IMG/VR virus record: IMGVR_UViG_3300011202_000010
Span: 114,589-178,588 of that record
Reading direction: 5' to 3' (one strand)
Source of the DNA: a virus
Taxonomy: Duplodnaviria; Heunggongvirae; Uroviricota; Caudoviricetes
DNA length: 64,000 nt
Position numbers and translations under genes: made by a program
The notes under the pieces: model-generated
Told to the model about the DNA's origin: nothing
What the model saw: the letters and a program-made list of their open reading frames with translations, nothing else
Database searches by the model: none
In this document: positions 19,903 to 29,316 of the stretch, piece by piece
Layout of the letters: every line of letters begins with the position of its first letter
Position numbering within the stretch: position 1 is the stretch's first letter

Positions 19903-21399
19903 ATGTCTCTAAAAAACTTTATTTTTGATAAAGCTGATTCTTTTGGTTCGGTTTTATCTGATCCACAAAATAAAATAGCAGATAACAATATTATAAAGAA
20001 TCTTCATGCCTTTTTATACTCATATGGTTCTACAATTAATAATGATAATATAAGGTTATATTATAAACATTTTCCTAAACATATTTCTTTATTGTTAGAC
20101 AGTTATGTAGAGTCTAATATAATATCAAATAATATAGAAAAAATAAAATCAGATAATGAATATCATTTTTTTAAAGATATTTATAGATCCTATTATTTAT
20201 ATATGGAACGTAATAGAGATGATACGGAACAAAAGATAAACATATTAAATACTATAAATAATAATATACTTTCTTTAAATGTATTTAATATATCTATACA
20301 TTCCTATGAAGAAATTACAAATATTTTAACACGCTTGTTATATATTTCTTATGGGATTAATAAATTCGATATCTCTTACCATCTTAATCTTATTCATAAG
20401 TATCTTAAGTATGATAACTCTTTAACCGAAGAAGAACTTAACTATTTGAAATCTTTTCTTTCTGATACAAAAGAGATATTAATTAAAGAAAAAATAAGAA
20501 TCGCTAATAAAATAGATTATGAAGCTTTAGTTAAAACAGGAAATTTTCAATTCCTCTTAGATGAAGCAATACCTGATTTCTTCTATAAAATAGAAAAAGA
20601 AGAAGTTCTTAATCAAAAAGATTTTGAAGATATTCTTAAATTTTTAAATAATCATGAAAAGGATACAGAATCACTTTCTTCATCTTATATAGAATCTTGG
20701 AATAAATATTGCGAATCGGAATATATTAAAGAAAATAAAAATAAGGTTTTATCTTGGGATGAAAAAAACGAAATATTTATTGAATTAAATCATTATATTT
20801 GTAATCAACTTGAAAATAAAAAGTTCTTTATAAATCTTTTTAATAACATAATTTCTGTAGAAAATAGAGAAAATCCAGATAAAGATCTAATATTTTTTAC
20901 TCTTATACATAAAAGTATATTAGATTCATCAATAAAGAACGCGACTTATATGTTTGATACTTTTTATTCTAAAGGTATACTTCGTCATATATATAGACCA
21001 CTATCTCTTTATCCTGATACTTTTAGAAATAATTATTATGATTTATCACTATTTAATAAATATTGCTCTTTTTATGGTTTTGAATTTAATAAAGAACAAA
21101 TAACCCAAGATAATCATAAAGAACAAGAGCACTCTTCTTATTGTTGCTATATTTTAAATAAAGTTGAACATATTTTGCCTTTATATTTTGACGAGAAACT
21201 GATATATAATAAATACTCTCAACATTATTCAGTTATTAAAAACAATGATATTATTTTAAATAAAATTACACGTTATTGTAAAAATAAAAATATTGATTCT
21301 TTATATATGAGTGATTTATTTAAGGCTTTAGGAGAAAAAGATATTTCACAAGAGGATAAAAAGCTTTTTATTAATACATTAGAATATTTAGCTTCTTAA
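19903..21399 (+). CDS. Hypothetical protein (498 aa), Asn/Ile/Tyr-rich
   Basis: AGAGGA SD 8 nt upstream. Confidence 0.55.
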   Translation: MSLKNFIFDKADSFGSVLSDPQNKIADNNIIKNLHAFLYSYGSTINNDNIRLYYKHFPKHISLLLDSYVESNIISNNIEKIKSDNEYHFFKDIYRSYYLYMERNRDDTEQKINILNTINNNILSLNVFNISIHSYEEITNILTRLLYISYGINKFDISYHLNLIHKYLKYDNSLTEEELNYLKSFLSDTKEILIKEKIRIANKIDYEALVKTGNFQFLLDEAIPDFFYKIEKEEVLNQKDFEDILKFLNNHEKDTESLSSSYIESWNKYCESEYIKENKNKVLSWDEKNEIFIELNHYICNQLENKKFFINLFNNIISVENRENPDKDLIFFTLIHKSILDSSIKNATYMFDTFYSKGILRHIYRPLSLYPDTFRNNYYDLSLFNKYCSFYGFEFNKEQITQDNHKEQEHSSYCCYILNKVEHILPLYFDEKLIYNKYSQHYSVIKNNDIILNKITRYCKNKNIDSLYMSDLFKALGEKDISQEDKKLFINTLEYLAS

Positions 21400-21433
21400 A
21401 AAATAAGGCGATGCCAATCGCCTTATTTATATT

Positions 21434-22054
21434 TTATTTATTTCTATATTCTTCCTGTAGTTTTTTTACTCTTTCAATTTCTTCACTTGAGTGAACTACA
21501 CCACCTGTATTGAGATCAATATAAAACTGAATCAAATCACCATAATCTCTAATATCATAAATTTCGAAAAGGAAAGAATAACGGCGTATAGCAAATGGCG
21601 TTCCAGCTAAGCTATTTACATCATGAGTCTCATTAAAGATTTTAAAATCGCCCCTCATGAAAGATAAAACAGCCGTCATACGTTGAAGACCATCAACACA
21701 GACCATATCGAATCCATTCATTCCTGTAACTTTTGCATGATAATCAATAAAATTAGCACAGTTAAATTTGATATTAATAGGTGCTACTCCGCGAATCAAG
21801 TTCTCAATATAACTAATTTGCTTGTCTAACGACCATACATGACCACGCTGAAAATCTGGATTCATTCTTAACTCACCACCATCCTTTTTGGCTTCGTTAT
21901 CATAGCGTTCGAGCTGACGCTCAAGATGATGGAGTTCAATACTTACGGCGTAGTTTGAACTTTGCATAGGACGAACAAGGTGATAAAGAGATTTTGTCTT
22001 ATCATCCAGTTCACTCCATAAGTTTGAACTTAATCCATAATAACCTTTACTCAT
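21434..22054 (-). CDS. DUF262 / ParB-like nuclease-NTPase domain protein (GmrSD N-terminal-like), 206 aa
   Basis: Motifs DFQRGHVWS and VDGLQR (DGQQR-like), the hallmarks of the DUF262/ParB-Srx fold. Confidence 0.55.
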   Translation of the reverse strand: MSKGYYGLSSNLWSELDDKTKSLYHLVRPMQSSNYAVSIELHHLERQLERYDNEAKKDGGELRMNPDFQRGHVWSLDKQISYIENLIRGVAPINIKFNCANFIDYHAKVTGMNGFDMVCVDGLQRMTAVLSFMRGDFKIFNETHDVNSLAGTPFAIRRYSFLFEIYDIRDYGDLIQFYIDLNTGGVVHSSEEIERVKKLQEEYRNK

Positions 22055-22115
22055 TTTATCACCTTTTGATTTAATTTAATGACATTATTTTATATTATTC
22101 ACTTATCAAGTACAA

Positions 22116-22142
22116 GCAAAAAGACCGCTCTCGCGGTCTTTT
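22116..22142. terminator. Bidirectional intrinsic terminator
   Basis: AGACCGCTCTCGCGGTCT hairpin with flanking A and T runs. Confidence 0.6.
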
Positions 22143-22144
22143 AT

Positions 22145-22297
22145 TTAATACGCTTCTTCAAGTTCAAAAGCTTCTTTTCGCCCTCTGACGGTTTTATTAA
22201 GCTTTTTGTTATCTCGTTTTGTATTTGAGGCCAAAGCACGATTCTGTTTTTTAGAATTATCAAATTTTTCAACACGATTACCATTAGAACTTTGCAT
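22145..22297 (-). CDS. Small basic protein (50 aa, MQSSNGNRVEKFDNSKKQNRA...); paralogue of 25859-26002
   Basis: AAGGA SD before the ATG. Terminator immediately downstream. Conserved N-terminus MQxSxGxRVEKFD. Not in the ORF track. Confidence 0.45.
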   Translation of the reverse strand: MQSSNGNRVEKFDNSKKQNRALASNTKRDNKKLNKTVRGRKEAFELEEAY

Positions 22298-22420
22298 AAC
22301 TTTATCCTTATTCACTTATTAATTAAAAACTTACTACTCTTTAAGTCAGTGAAAACAGTATATCAATATGACTTTTTTATTACAACAACTTTTTTGTTAT
22401 TTTAGTTTAAATGGTTATTT

Positions 22421-22858
22421 TTACAGCATTTCTCGCTCAACGAAATCTCCAATTTTCATTTTTTTTGTTTTTCCTTTTACAAAATATACCAGACCTTTAT
22501 AACCAATCTCTTGAAGTTCTTCATCACCAAAAATAGAAAGGAATGTATCTTCATCTGAAAAGTTGGAAATAATCAAAGCATCTTCACCATCATATTCTCT
22601 TACTACTTTCTTTTTAGATAAAGCATCTTTTATATCTTTAATGGTTGTAACTTCATATTTTACATACGGTGTAACGAAACACATTTGATTAGGCTCTACT
22701 TGAGTAGAATTGTAATCTTCTTTGGTAATAATGATTTTTCCATCAAGTTTTTCAACATCATAAATCAAATCATCTGAAATATAATCAGGACTTTGATCAT
22801 CTACTAATGATACTGTATAACATACTTTTTGTTCATCAAACATTTTAAACCTCTTCAT
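22421..22858 (-). CDS. Hypothetical protein (145 aa)
   Basis: ORF. Confidence 0.5.
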   Translation of the reverse strand: MKRFKMFDEQKVCYTVSLVDDQSPDYISDDLIYDVEKLDGKIIITKEDYNSTQVEPNQMCFVTPYVKYEVTTIKDIKDALSKKKVVREYDGEDALIISNFSDEDTFLSIFGDEELQEIGYKGLVYFVKGKTKKMKIGDFVEREML

Positions 22859-22874
22859 ATGAAAGAAATATTTA

Positions 22875-23177
22875 TTAATCTTCTGGAAAAATCTCTTTTA
22901 AGGCATTAAAAAGTAAATGTATATTTAGCTTTTTAGTAACATAATGAGATGAGTAATCATCATATTCCCAAATATTATACAACTCTAGCCTTTTAAATTG
23001 AAGGAAGGTCATATCTGAACAAAAAAGTTCTAAAACGTCAAGGAACTCTTTAGGATCTTTTGGTTCTTCATTGCCAATCTCCCATGATTTTTGAATAGTT
23101 AGATGCTTATTGCTTAGATATTCTTTAATAATATCTTCAAACTCTCTACAATTCTTAAGTTTACTTAACTCTTTCAT
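22875..23177 (-). CDS. Hypothetical protein (100 aa)
   Basis: ORF. Confidence 0.45.
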   Translation of the reverse strand: MKELSKLKNCREFEDIIKEYLSNKHLTIQKSWEIGNEEPKDPKEFLDVLELFCSDMTFLQFKRLELYNIWEYDDYSSHYVTKKLNIHLLFNALKEIFPED

Positions 23178-23254
23178 TTATAATCCTCATGCAATAAAAA
23201 AGAAACCAATAAGACAACATCTTATCAGTTTCCTTTATGATCTACAATGATTAT

Positions 23255-23821
23255 TTATTGGAATGAGAATGTTATTGTACCATTTTCTCCTGATATCTTA
23301 TCACAAACATCAGCAGTATTGGATACGCTATAAGACACGCTAGCCATGTCATTTTTAGCCCAATAAGAACCTACAGCAATAATTTCCATAGTTGGACCAA
23401 CAGCAGTTATTAGTTTAACACAGACATCTTTAGGAACATTATCGTATTGAACGTTTGCGACTACTTTACCAAAAGATGCCCAATTTGTAGCACTTAATGT
23501 TACTTTACCTCCAAAACTATTAACAACACCTGTTACTGTATTTCCACTCTTCTGCAACATGTTATCAGGAAATATATTGGCATTTATTGCTATCGTGTTA
23601 TTTATATTCCCAGCTATTGTTGCTTGTGAGGCGTATAATGCTAATATTCCCGATCTTATTGTTGCTATATTTTTTGCCTCAGCATCCACTGCCTGAGATG
23701 TTCTTACTTTGGGATAAACAATAAAAGCTGCAACGATTAATGCTGCTATTATTCCTAATACCAATAATAATTCCAATAAAGAAAATCCCTTTCCTTTGTT
23801 CATTTTTAAAAATTTACTCAT
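23255..23821 (-). CDS. Type IV pilin / pseudopilin-like protein (prepilin-type N-terminus), about 188 aa
   Basis: N-terminus ...KGKGFSLLELLLVLGIIAALIVAAFIVYPKV has G-1, F+1, E+5 and a hydrophobic helix. Paralogue of 24038-24598 and 56743-57303. Confidence 0.8.
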   Translation of the reverse strand: MSKFLKMNKGKGFSLLELLLVLGIIAALIVAAFIVYPKVRTSQAVDAEAKNIATIRSGILALYASQATIAGNINNTIAINANIFPDNMLQKSGNTVTGVVNSFGGKVTLSATNWASFGKVVANVQYDNVPKDVCVKLITAVGPTMEIIAVGSYWAKNDMASVSYSVSNTADVCDKISGENGTITFSFQ

Positions 23822-24037
23822 TATCTTTCCTTTATTGTAGATTAATTGTTAAATTAGCTTTCTCTTAAGCTATTAATTAACCATAATAAATAAAAAACAG
23901 TTGCGCAATACTGATATAACGAAATTATAATAAAGATTTTTATCATTGAGCCATATTTTATGTAAAAATATCATAAATAAAGGATATATTCTTTTAATAT
24001 CTTATATTTAAATAGAAATATTTCTTTAACATTTATT

Positions 24038-24598
24038 TTATTCAAAATAGAAATTTATTACTGTATTATTGTCTGTTATTTGACCACAAGCTTTTGAAAC
24101 ATTTGCTACACTATAAGGAACTCCAACATTTTCATTTAAAGCCCAATATCCACCGGCTGTTACTAAAAACATATTAGAGCCTACTGCGGTAATTAACTTT
24201 GTACAAAGCTCTGTTGGAACATTATTATATTGTAAAGTAACTACTGTTTTTCCATACCATAAACCTGTAACTAAAATTACGTCCCCTCCAAAACTATTTA
24301 CAACTTTTGAAACAGCGCTTCCATTTTTTATAAGCATGTTGTCTGGAAATATTTGCGCCTGTATTGCTATTGAGTTATTTAATCCTCCTGATATTGTTGC
24401 TTGAGAGGCATATAAAGCTAATATTCCTGATCTTATTGTTGCAATATTCTTTGCCTCGGCATCTATTGATTGAGAGTTTCTTACTTTTGGATAAACAATA
24501 AATGCTCCTACTATAAGAGCTGCTATAATTCCTAGTACTAATAATAACTCTAATAAAGAAAATCCTTTTTCTTTTTTAACTCTATAAAAAATATTCAT
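24038..24598 (-). CDS. Type IV pilin-like protein, 186 aa
   Basis: KEKGFSLLELLLVLGIIAALIVGAFIVYPKV. Shares AEAKNIATIRSGILALYASQATI with 23255-23821. Confidence 0.8.
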   Translation of the reverse strand: MNIFYRVKKEKGFSLLELLLVLGIIAALIVGAFIVYPKVRNSQSIDAEAKNIATIRSGILALYASQATISGGLNNSIAIQAQIFPDNMLIKNGSAVSKVVNSFGGDVILVTGLWYGKTVVTLQYNNVPTELCTKLITAVGSNMFLVTAGGYWALNENVGVPYSVANVSKACGQITDNNTVINFYFE

Positions 24599-24722
24599 TA
24601 TTTTTCCTTATGTTATTGTTTTAAATATCGCCATTTTTTGGCTATATTTTTAACATAATCAATAAATACACTTCAATCAATATTAACATATTTATATTAA
24701 TATTTTTTTGTATACTTTATGT

Positions 24723-24749
24723 AGACTTTTATATCCCATATAAGTCTTT
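24723..24749. promoter_or_regulatory. Imperfect inverted repeat upstream of pilin gene 24038-24598
   Basis: AGACTTTTATAT-CCC-ATATAAGTCT palindrome in the long AT-rich leader region. Confidence 0.3.
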
Positions 24750-24943
24750 TAAAAAATAGGAAAAAATCTTTTATATGTCTTTCTTTACATATTGAATTTA
24801 TTAAATATTATTTATATATATTATTTATTGAAAATAACATTTATAATACTTTTCATTAATTTATGGGTTGAAATAAACTTATTATGGTTAAAATAAATAA
24901 CCCAAAAGATAGGATAAGTGGAGGATTTACAAGGATACACTTA

Positions 24944-24972
24944 CAAAAAAGCCTCGGTGAACGAGGCTCAGT
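24944..24972. terminator. Bidirectional intrinsic terminator
   Basis: GCCTCGGTGAACGAGGC hairpin with an A-run before and a T-run after. Confidence 0.6.
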
Positions 24973-24975
24973 TTT

Positions 24976-25344
24976 TTATTTTACGGAAACAATCAATTTA
25001 TATTCTGTTTCGGATTCAGCAGGAGTATAGCCACCACCTCTATTAGGCTGACCAGTATAAGGAACTAGTTCCTCATGTGATTCTTGTTCAATATTAAATC
25101 CGGCATCACTATAAACTGCTTTTAGTTTTTCTAATGTTTCTTGATCTACAGGCTCTTTATGAAGATATACTGTAATTTTAAGATTATCATCTACACCTTT
25201 TAAATTTTTCAATTTAGCGCTAATATCTTCTTCAATTTTGGAAAAAGCTTTTTCAAAAGATGTGTGATTTTTTTCATGAATATCTTTTTTTAAAGTTTCA
25301 CTACGAGAAATGAGTTCTTTAGCATTAATTTTAGGAGTTAACAT
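24976..25344 (-). CDS. Hypothetical protein (122 aa)
   Basis: ORF. Confidence 0.5.
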   Translation of the reverse strand: MLTPKINAKELISRSETLKKDIHEKNHTSFEKAFSKIEEDISAKLKNLKGVDDNLKITVYLHKEPVDQETLEKLKAVYSDAGFNIEQESHEELVPYTGQPNRGGGYTPAESETEYKLIVSVK

Positions 25345-25355
25345 TTTAACCTCTC

Positions 25356-25775
25356 TTACACTTCGCCTTTATGAAAACAAATAGCGTTTTCTTCTACTTG
25401 TTTTGTTGAATATGAATTTATACTTCTTCCGAAAAAGAAATCATGGGCATACATACCATTTCCAATATTAAATAAAAAAAGGTATTTACTCTTATCACCT
25501 TTTTTAAGACGGAAAACAACAGCATCTGCACAAGTTATATTACCAGTATCAAAGCTATCAGATTTAAAGTAATTTAAATCAAACAACCAACCTGAATAAT
25601 CTTCTTCGTCTAACTGATTACTATTTTCTGCTTGATTAATGAGGTCATCAACAGATTCATTATCTTTTATATACCATCCAAAATCTTCACAGCACTGGAA
25701 TCTTAAATCGAAACCAACAAAGATATCATTTTCATCAATAAAGTTAATTGAATGGGCAAACTCTACTTTAATCAT
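25356..25775 (-). CDS. Hypothetical protein (139 aa)
   Basis: ORF. Confidence 0.5.
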   Translation of the reverse strand: MIKVEFAHSINFIDENDIFVGFDLRFQCCEDFGWYIKDNESVDDLINQAENSNQLDEEDYSGWLFDLNYFKSDSFDTGNITCADAVVFRLKKGDKSKYLFLFNIGNGMYAHDFFFGRSINSYSTKQVEENAICFHKGEV

Positions 25776-25858
25776 TTTATTTTCCTCAATAGTTTAAATA
25801 CACCGATTTTCTCTATTAAGGAAATGAGCTATGGTACGCACATAGCTCATATTACATC

Positions 25859-26002
25859 TTATACGCCTTCATACTCATCTTCAGGGCGTTTACCACGCTT
25901 TACTTTACCTTTTTTACGGTTGTCTTGCTTACCGCCAAACTCATTACGATTAGCACGTTTATCTTTATCAAACTTTTCAACACGACCAAAAGAGCCTTGC
26001 AT
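25859..26002 (-). CDS. Small basic protein (47 aa, MQGSFGRVEKFDKDKRANRNE...); paralogue of 22145-22297
   Basis: GAGGA SD. N-terminus is conserved with 22145-22297. Not in the ORF track; the plus-strand ORF 25752-26024 is its antisense artefact. Confidence 0.45.
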   Translation of the reverse strand: MQGSFGRVEKFDKDKRANRNEFGGKQDNRKKGKVKRGKRPEDEYEGV

Positions 26003-26185
26003 TTTTCATATCCTCATTTATTAAGTATTTTTTAAATTCAGGTTAGTCATCTAACCTACAAGAGAAGTATAACATTTCATAAAATCAACATCAACAATTA
26101 TTTTCGCCATTCAATATTTTTGAAGTACACCATCAAAAATAACCTATTGCATTATTTCATAAGTTATTATATTATGTATTTACTT

Positions 26186-26201
26186 TGTGATGTGGATCAC
26201 A
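26186..26201 (+). promoter_or_regulatory. CRP/FNR-type palindromic operator TGTGA-N6-TCACA
   Basis: Perfect TGTGATGTGGATCACA, about 30 nt upstream of the ATG of 26232-26435 and overlapping the likely -35 region. Confidence 0.5.
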
Positions 26202-26231
26202 AAATATAAATTAACTAAAAGGAAAAATATT

Positions 26232-26435
26232 ATGAAAAATACAAAAGTTGCTTTACCATTATTACTTGTTTCATTGTTTGTTGGTTCATTTTCTGTTCAA
26301 GCATCTGAAACTGGAAACGGTCCAGAAAACGTAGAACATACACAAAGTTATAAAAGCTTCATTAGCCATCAAGCAGTAGGTGGTCAGGTTCAAAGTGATG
26401 ATAGCGTGTTCCAACAACACGATAGTAACAACTAA
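26232..26435 (+). CDS. Small secreted protein (67 aa) with signal peptide
   Basis: AAGGAAAAA SD. MKNTKVALPLLLVSLFVGSFSVQASE signal. Terminator at 26441-26466. Confidence 0.55.
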   Translation: MKNTKVALPLLLVSLFVGSFSVQASETGNGPENVEHTQSYKSFISHQAVGGQVQSDDSVFQQHDSNN

Positions 26436-26440
26436 TAATA

Positions 26441-26466
26441 AAAAAAGGGAGCTAGGCTCCCTTTTT
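26441..26466. terminator. Bidirectional intrinsic terminator
   Basis: GGGAGCTAGGCTCCC hairpin with flanking A and T runs. Confidence 0.6.
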
Positions 26467-26470
26467 CTTA

Positions 26471-27094
26471 TCAAACATTTTCTTCTATTTTTAAACTATT
26501 AAACATTTCTTGGTTAATCACATCCCACAACACTTTAGATGTACCAATATTGAATCTTTCACTTTCTGGTGAACGACGTTCAAAATAAATTAAGTCCATT
26601 TTTTCAAGCTTATTAACTAATTCACGTTCCTTTTTATTTAACTCTGATTCAATAATAGACCCACCATTAAGCACAGCATAATGGATTTTATCAAATGTAG
26701 TTTTATTAACAGAGAAAGAACTTCCTGTTAACTCTTTACAGGTTTTAGCTCCTGATTGTGGATCAATACTCGATTTAGCAACATAGGTATCATAAAGAGT
26801 TTTAACAATAACATTCCATAAAGTCTCGTTAATTTCAACAAAATAAAAACCAACACAACCTTTAGCACGACCAAATTTAATCAACCCAACATCATTCATT
26901 TCTTTTAGAATATCTTTTTCTTCTTGATTAAGATTATTTCCATTCATTAATTTTTCATTAGCGAAACAGTTTTGAATAAACGGGAGTAAACGTAGTTCTC
27001 GTTGTGTTAGATTTCTACCAGTTACTTCTTTATAGATATTTACATCAGCATTTTCAAGCTTTCCACGAGGATTTAAAATAAACTCTTTAGACAT
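26471..27094 (-). CDS. Hypothetical protein (207 aa)
   Basis: ORF. Confidence 0.55.
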   Translation of the reverse strand: MSKEFILNPRGKLENADVNIYKEVTGRNLTQRELRLLPFIQNCFANEKLMNGNNLNQEEKDILKEMNDVGLIKFGRAKGCVGFYFVEINETLWNVIVKTLYDTYVAKSSIDPQSGAKTCKELTGSSFSVNKTTFDKIHYAVLNGGSIIESELNKKERELVNKLEKMDLIYFERRSPESERFNIGTSKVLWDVINQEMFNSLKIEENV

Positions 27095-27156
27095 AATGGC
27101 CTCTTAATGTTATTTATTGATGATTTAAGTATAGCAAAATCCCTTATTACATACTA

Positions 27157-27663
27157 TTAAATTGTGTATACTACTTCATTTTTATCCAAAAAATGCATTA
27201 ACTCAACTTTTGTTGTTCCAGCAAAATTATTTGTCAAAAAACGAGACACTGTTTTTTCGTCAATCACTACGGCACAAAGCCCTTGCATTTCTTCTTCTGA
27301 ATGCTGCCCTTTTTCAAACCATGTTCCCATGATATATCTGACTTCGTTTTGTGGGAGCTTCAGAATAAAACTATCAATTTCTTGACCTTTAGCTGATGTG
27401 GTACTAATAAAAGGCTTTATCTCACTTTTATAAGGTGTTAGATCATATCCAATTTCTTCTTTCACTTCACGAATAACAGCATCAAATGAAGATTCGCTAT
27501 CCTTAGCCACACCACCAATAAATCCATATCCACCATTCCAACGTGAACTCATTAGCACTCTAAGTTTTTCAGTGGAAAAACCTTCACAATACATTAAAAT
27601 GAAACCAGCCTTATTCATTATTTCTTTATTTCCTAATATCTTATAATAGAGGTTATTCCACAT
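27157..27663 (-). CDS. Nudix hydrolase
   Basis: Nudix box GVAKDSE-SSFDAVI-REVKEEIGY fits Gx5Ex7REVxEExGY. Confidence 0.75.
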   Translation of the reverse strand: MWNNLYYKILGNKEIMNKAGFILMYCEGFSTEKLRVLMSSRWNGGYGFIGGVAKDSESSFDAVIREVKEEIGYDLTPYKSEIKPFISTTSAKGQEIDSFILKLPQNEVRYIMGTWFEKGQHSEEEMQGLCAVVIDEKTVSRFLTNNFAGTTKVELMHFLDKNEVVYTI

Positions 27664-27696
27664 AACCTCTTCTTAATGCACAAGTATTAAATATAC

Positions 27697-28596
27697 TTAA
27701 AACACACCTTCTTCCATAAATTTAGAAAGACGTTTATTTTCATCATAGAAGTATAAATCCATATCTTCTAATGGCTTACCTTCATATTTTTTAATGAATT
27801 CTGCCATAACTGATGTTGGGACCATTTTAAACTCACGGCTACCATTTACACCTTCTTTTACAAAATATGCTTTTTCAAATGGTTTCACTAAATCAAACTT
27901 TTCAACCCTGACTTGATAGCCTAAGTCAGATGCTAATTTTTGAATATCTTCAATATCGTAATCCTTATCTTCGAAAAATACTTCATCAGAAGAAAGGCTA
28001 TAAATATCCTCTTCTTTTACACCTTTGTTGAAAACAGAGAAGATAATTTGTTCCATCATGTATTTTTGAACCTGTTGCTGACGAGCAGCAGATAAACCAC
28101 CAAAAATAACCTGTCTTGAGATCTTACTTTCCAGTAATACTTCATTAAAATTTCGACTTTTAGCAAAACTATTAAAGTCTTTAAAACCATCAAAAATTTC
28201 AGGCATAACAAACATAAATGATTGAAAGTTAGCTTTTACCAGATCGATACTAATATAACGCTTACCCTCATTACCTGTAACATACAGATCTTTGCTCTTA
28301 ATATTAAGTTTCTTGTTAAAGCGAGACATATCCATTTTAGAAAATGCTTGATACTCTGGTTTCGCTGCTAAATACTGCAGCGTTTCATTAAGCTTTTGCG
28401 AGTTATGCTTAAATAAACCTTCACCATATTTTTGATAAACTTGTTTAAAAATTTCATATTTACGTACTGTATCAAAATAAGGATTTAACAGATTTAAAAA
28501 ATAGGTAAAGTATGGCTCTTTATCAACAGCGATAGGCAACTTGAAGTTGCGAATAAAATTTTTATTAAACCGTTGCTGTTCTAATGTGTTCATCAT
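27697..28596 (-). CDS. Hypothetical protein (300 aa from MMNTLEQQ)
   Basis: AAGGAG SD before the internal ATGATG. A TTGTGC-N17-TATAAT promoter sits 19 nt upstream of that start, which supports it over the longer ORF. Confidence 0.55.
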   Translation of the reverse strand: MMNTLEQQRFNKNFIRNFKLPIAVDKEPYFTYFLNLLNPYFDTVRKYEIFKQVYQKYGEGLFKHNSQKLNETLQYLAAKPEYQAFSKMDMSRFNKKLNIKSKDLYVTGNEGKRYISIDLVKANFQSFMFVMPEIFDGFKDFNSFAKSRNFNEVLLESKISRQVIFGGLSAARQQQVQKYMMEQIIFSVFNKGVKEEDIYSLSSDEVFFEDKDYDIEDIQKLASDLGYQVRVEKFDLVKPFEKAYFVKEGVNGSREFKMVPTSVMAEFIKKYEGKPLEDMDLYFYDENKRLSKFMEEGVF

Positions 28597-28621
28597 TATA
28601 CTCCTTTTAAAATATGTTGTC

Positions 28622-28650
28622 ATTATACATTGTTTTTTTATGATGCACAA
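28622..28650 (-). promoter_or_regulatory. Promoter TTGTGCAT-N-TATAAT (17-nt spacer)
   Basis: TTGTGCATCATAAAAAAACAATGTATAATGACAACA; drives 27697-28596. Confidence 0.55.
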
Positions 28651-28729
28651 CCGTTTTTCATTGTTATATTTGTTTTTTTTACATATAATGAATTGATATA
28701 TTTCAATTATTTTTATAAAAGGTTTTTAT

Positions 28730-29272
28730 ATGAAAGATACAGAAAAAGAATTAAGAGAAAAACTTGGTATTACAGATCCGTTACAATTACTTCCAGCGGA
28801 TGGTAATATTATTCCAACAGAAAAAATTCAAAGAGATTTTACGTCTAAAATTTCTGATGATTTTCTAGCAGAACTTATGAAGGATAGAAAGTTAAGCACT
28901 GAGCAACAGCAACAAGTGTTAAATTCAGTTAAAGATGATAAAGTTGCTGTTATTGAAGGTTACCCATCAATTAATAACTCTATCGTAACAAAAAATATAA
29001 CAAAAGAAGAAGCTGAAAAACTATATTCTCAAAAACAAAAAATAGATTATCATAATGATTTATCTAGGCTTCCTCCTGTTGATATTCCAAGTCCAAAAAT
29101 AACACATCATACGACACCTATACAAATTATTAGGAAAGATCTACCATCAATTAATTCAAGTGATAAAAAAGAAACATTTTCTGAACGTTTTAAAGATGCT
29201 CAAAGAAGGATTCAATTAGAAGAAACTCATAAAGTGATATCTGTAAATAATCCTGTAGTGAAATTAAAATAA
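28730..29272 (+). CDS. Hypothetical protein (180 aa)
   Basis: ORF; weak SD. Confidence 0.45.
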   Translation: MKDTEKELREKLGITDPLQLLPADGNIIPTEKIQRDFTSKISDDFLAELMKDRKLSTEQQQQVLNSVKDDKVAVIEGYPSINNSIVTKNITKEEAEKLYSQKQKIDYHNDLSRLPPVDIPSPKITHHTTPIQIIRKDLPSINSSDKKETFSERFKDAQRRIQLEETHKVISVNNPVVKLK

Positions 29273-29316
29273 CTAACAAAATGATAAATAATAGCAGACG
29301 CCTCTGCTATTATTTT

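Noticed and set aside
25752-26024. Plus-strand ORF 25752-26024 (90 aa)
   Set aside because: Antisense to the well-formed minus-strand sORF 25859-26002, which has an SD and a terminator, and to the end of 25356-25775. No SD.
27655-27683. A tenth TTGTGCAT occurrence at 27678-27683
   Set aside because: The would-be -10 at the 17-nt spacing is TGGAAT, and it would start transcription inside the Nudix ORF. Possibly an internal or decayed promoter. Not called.
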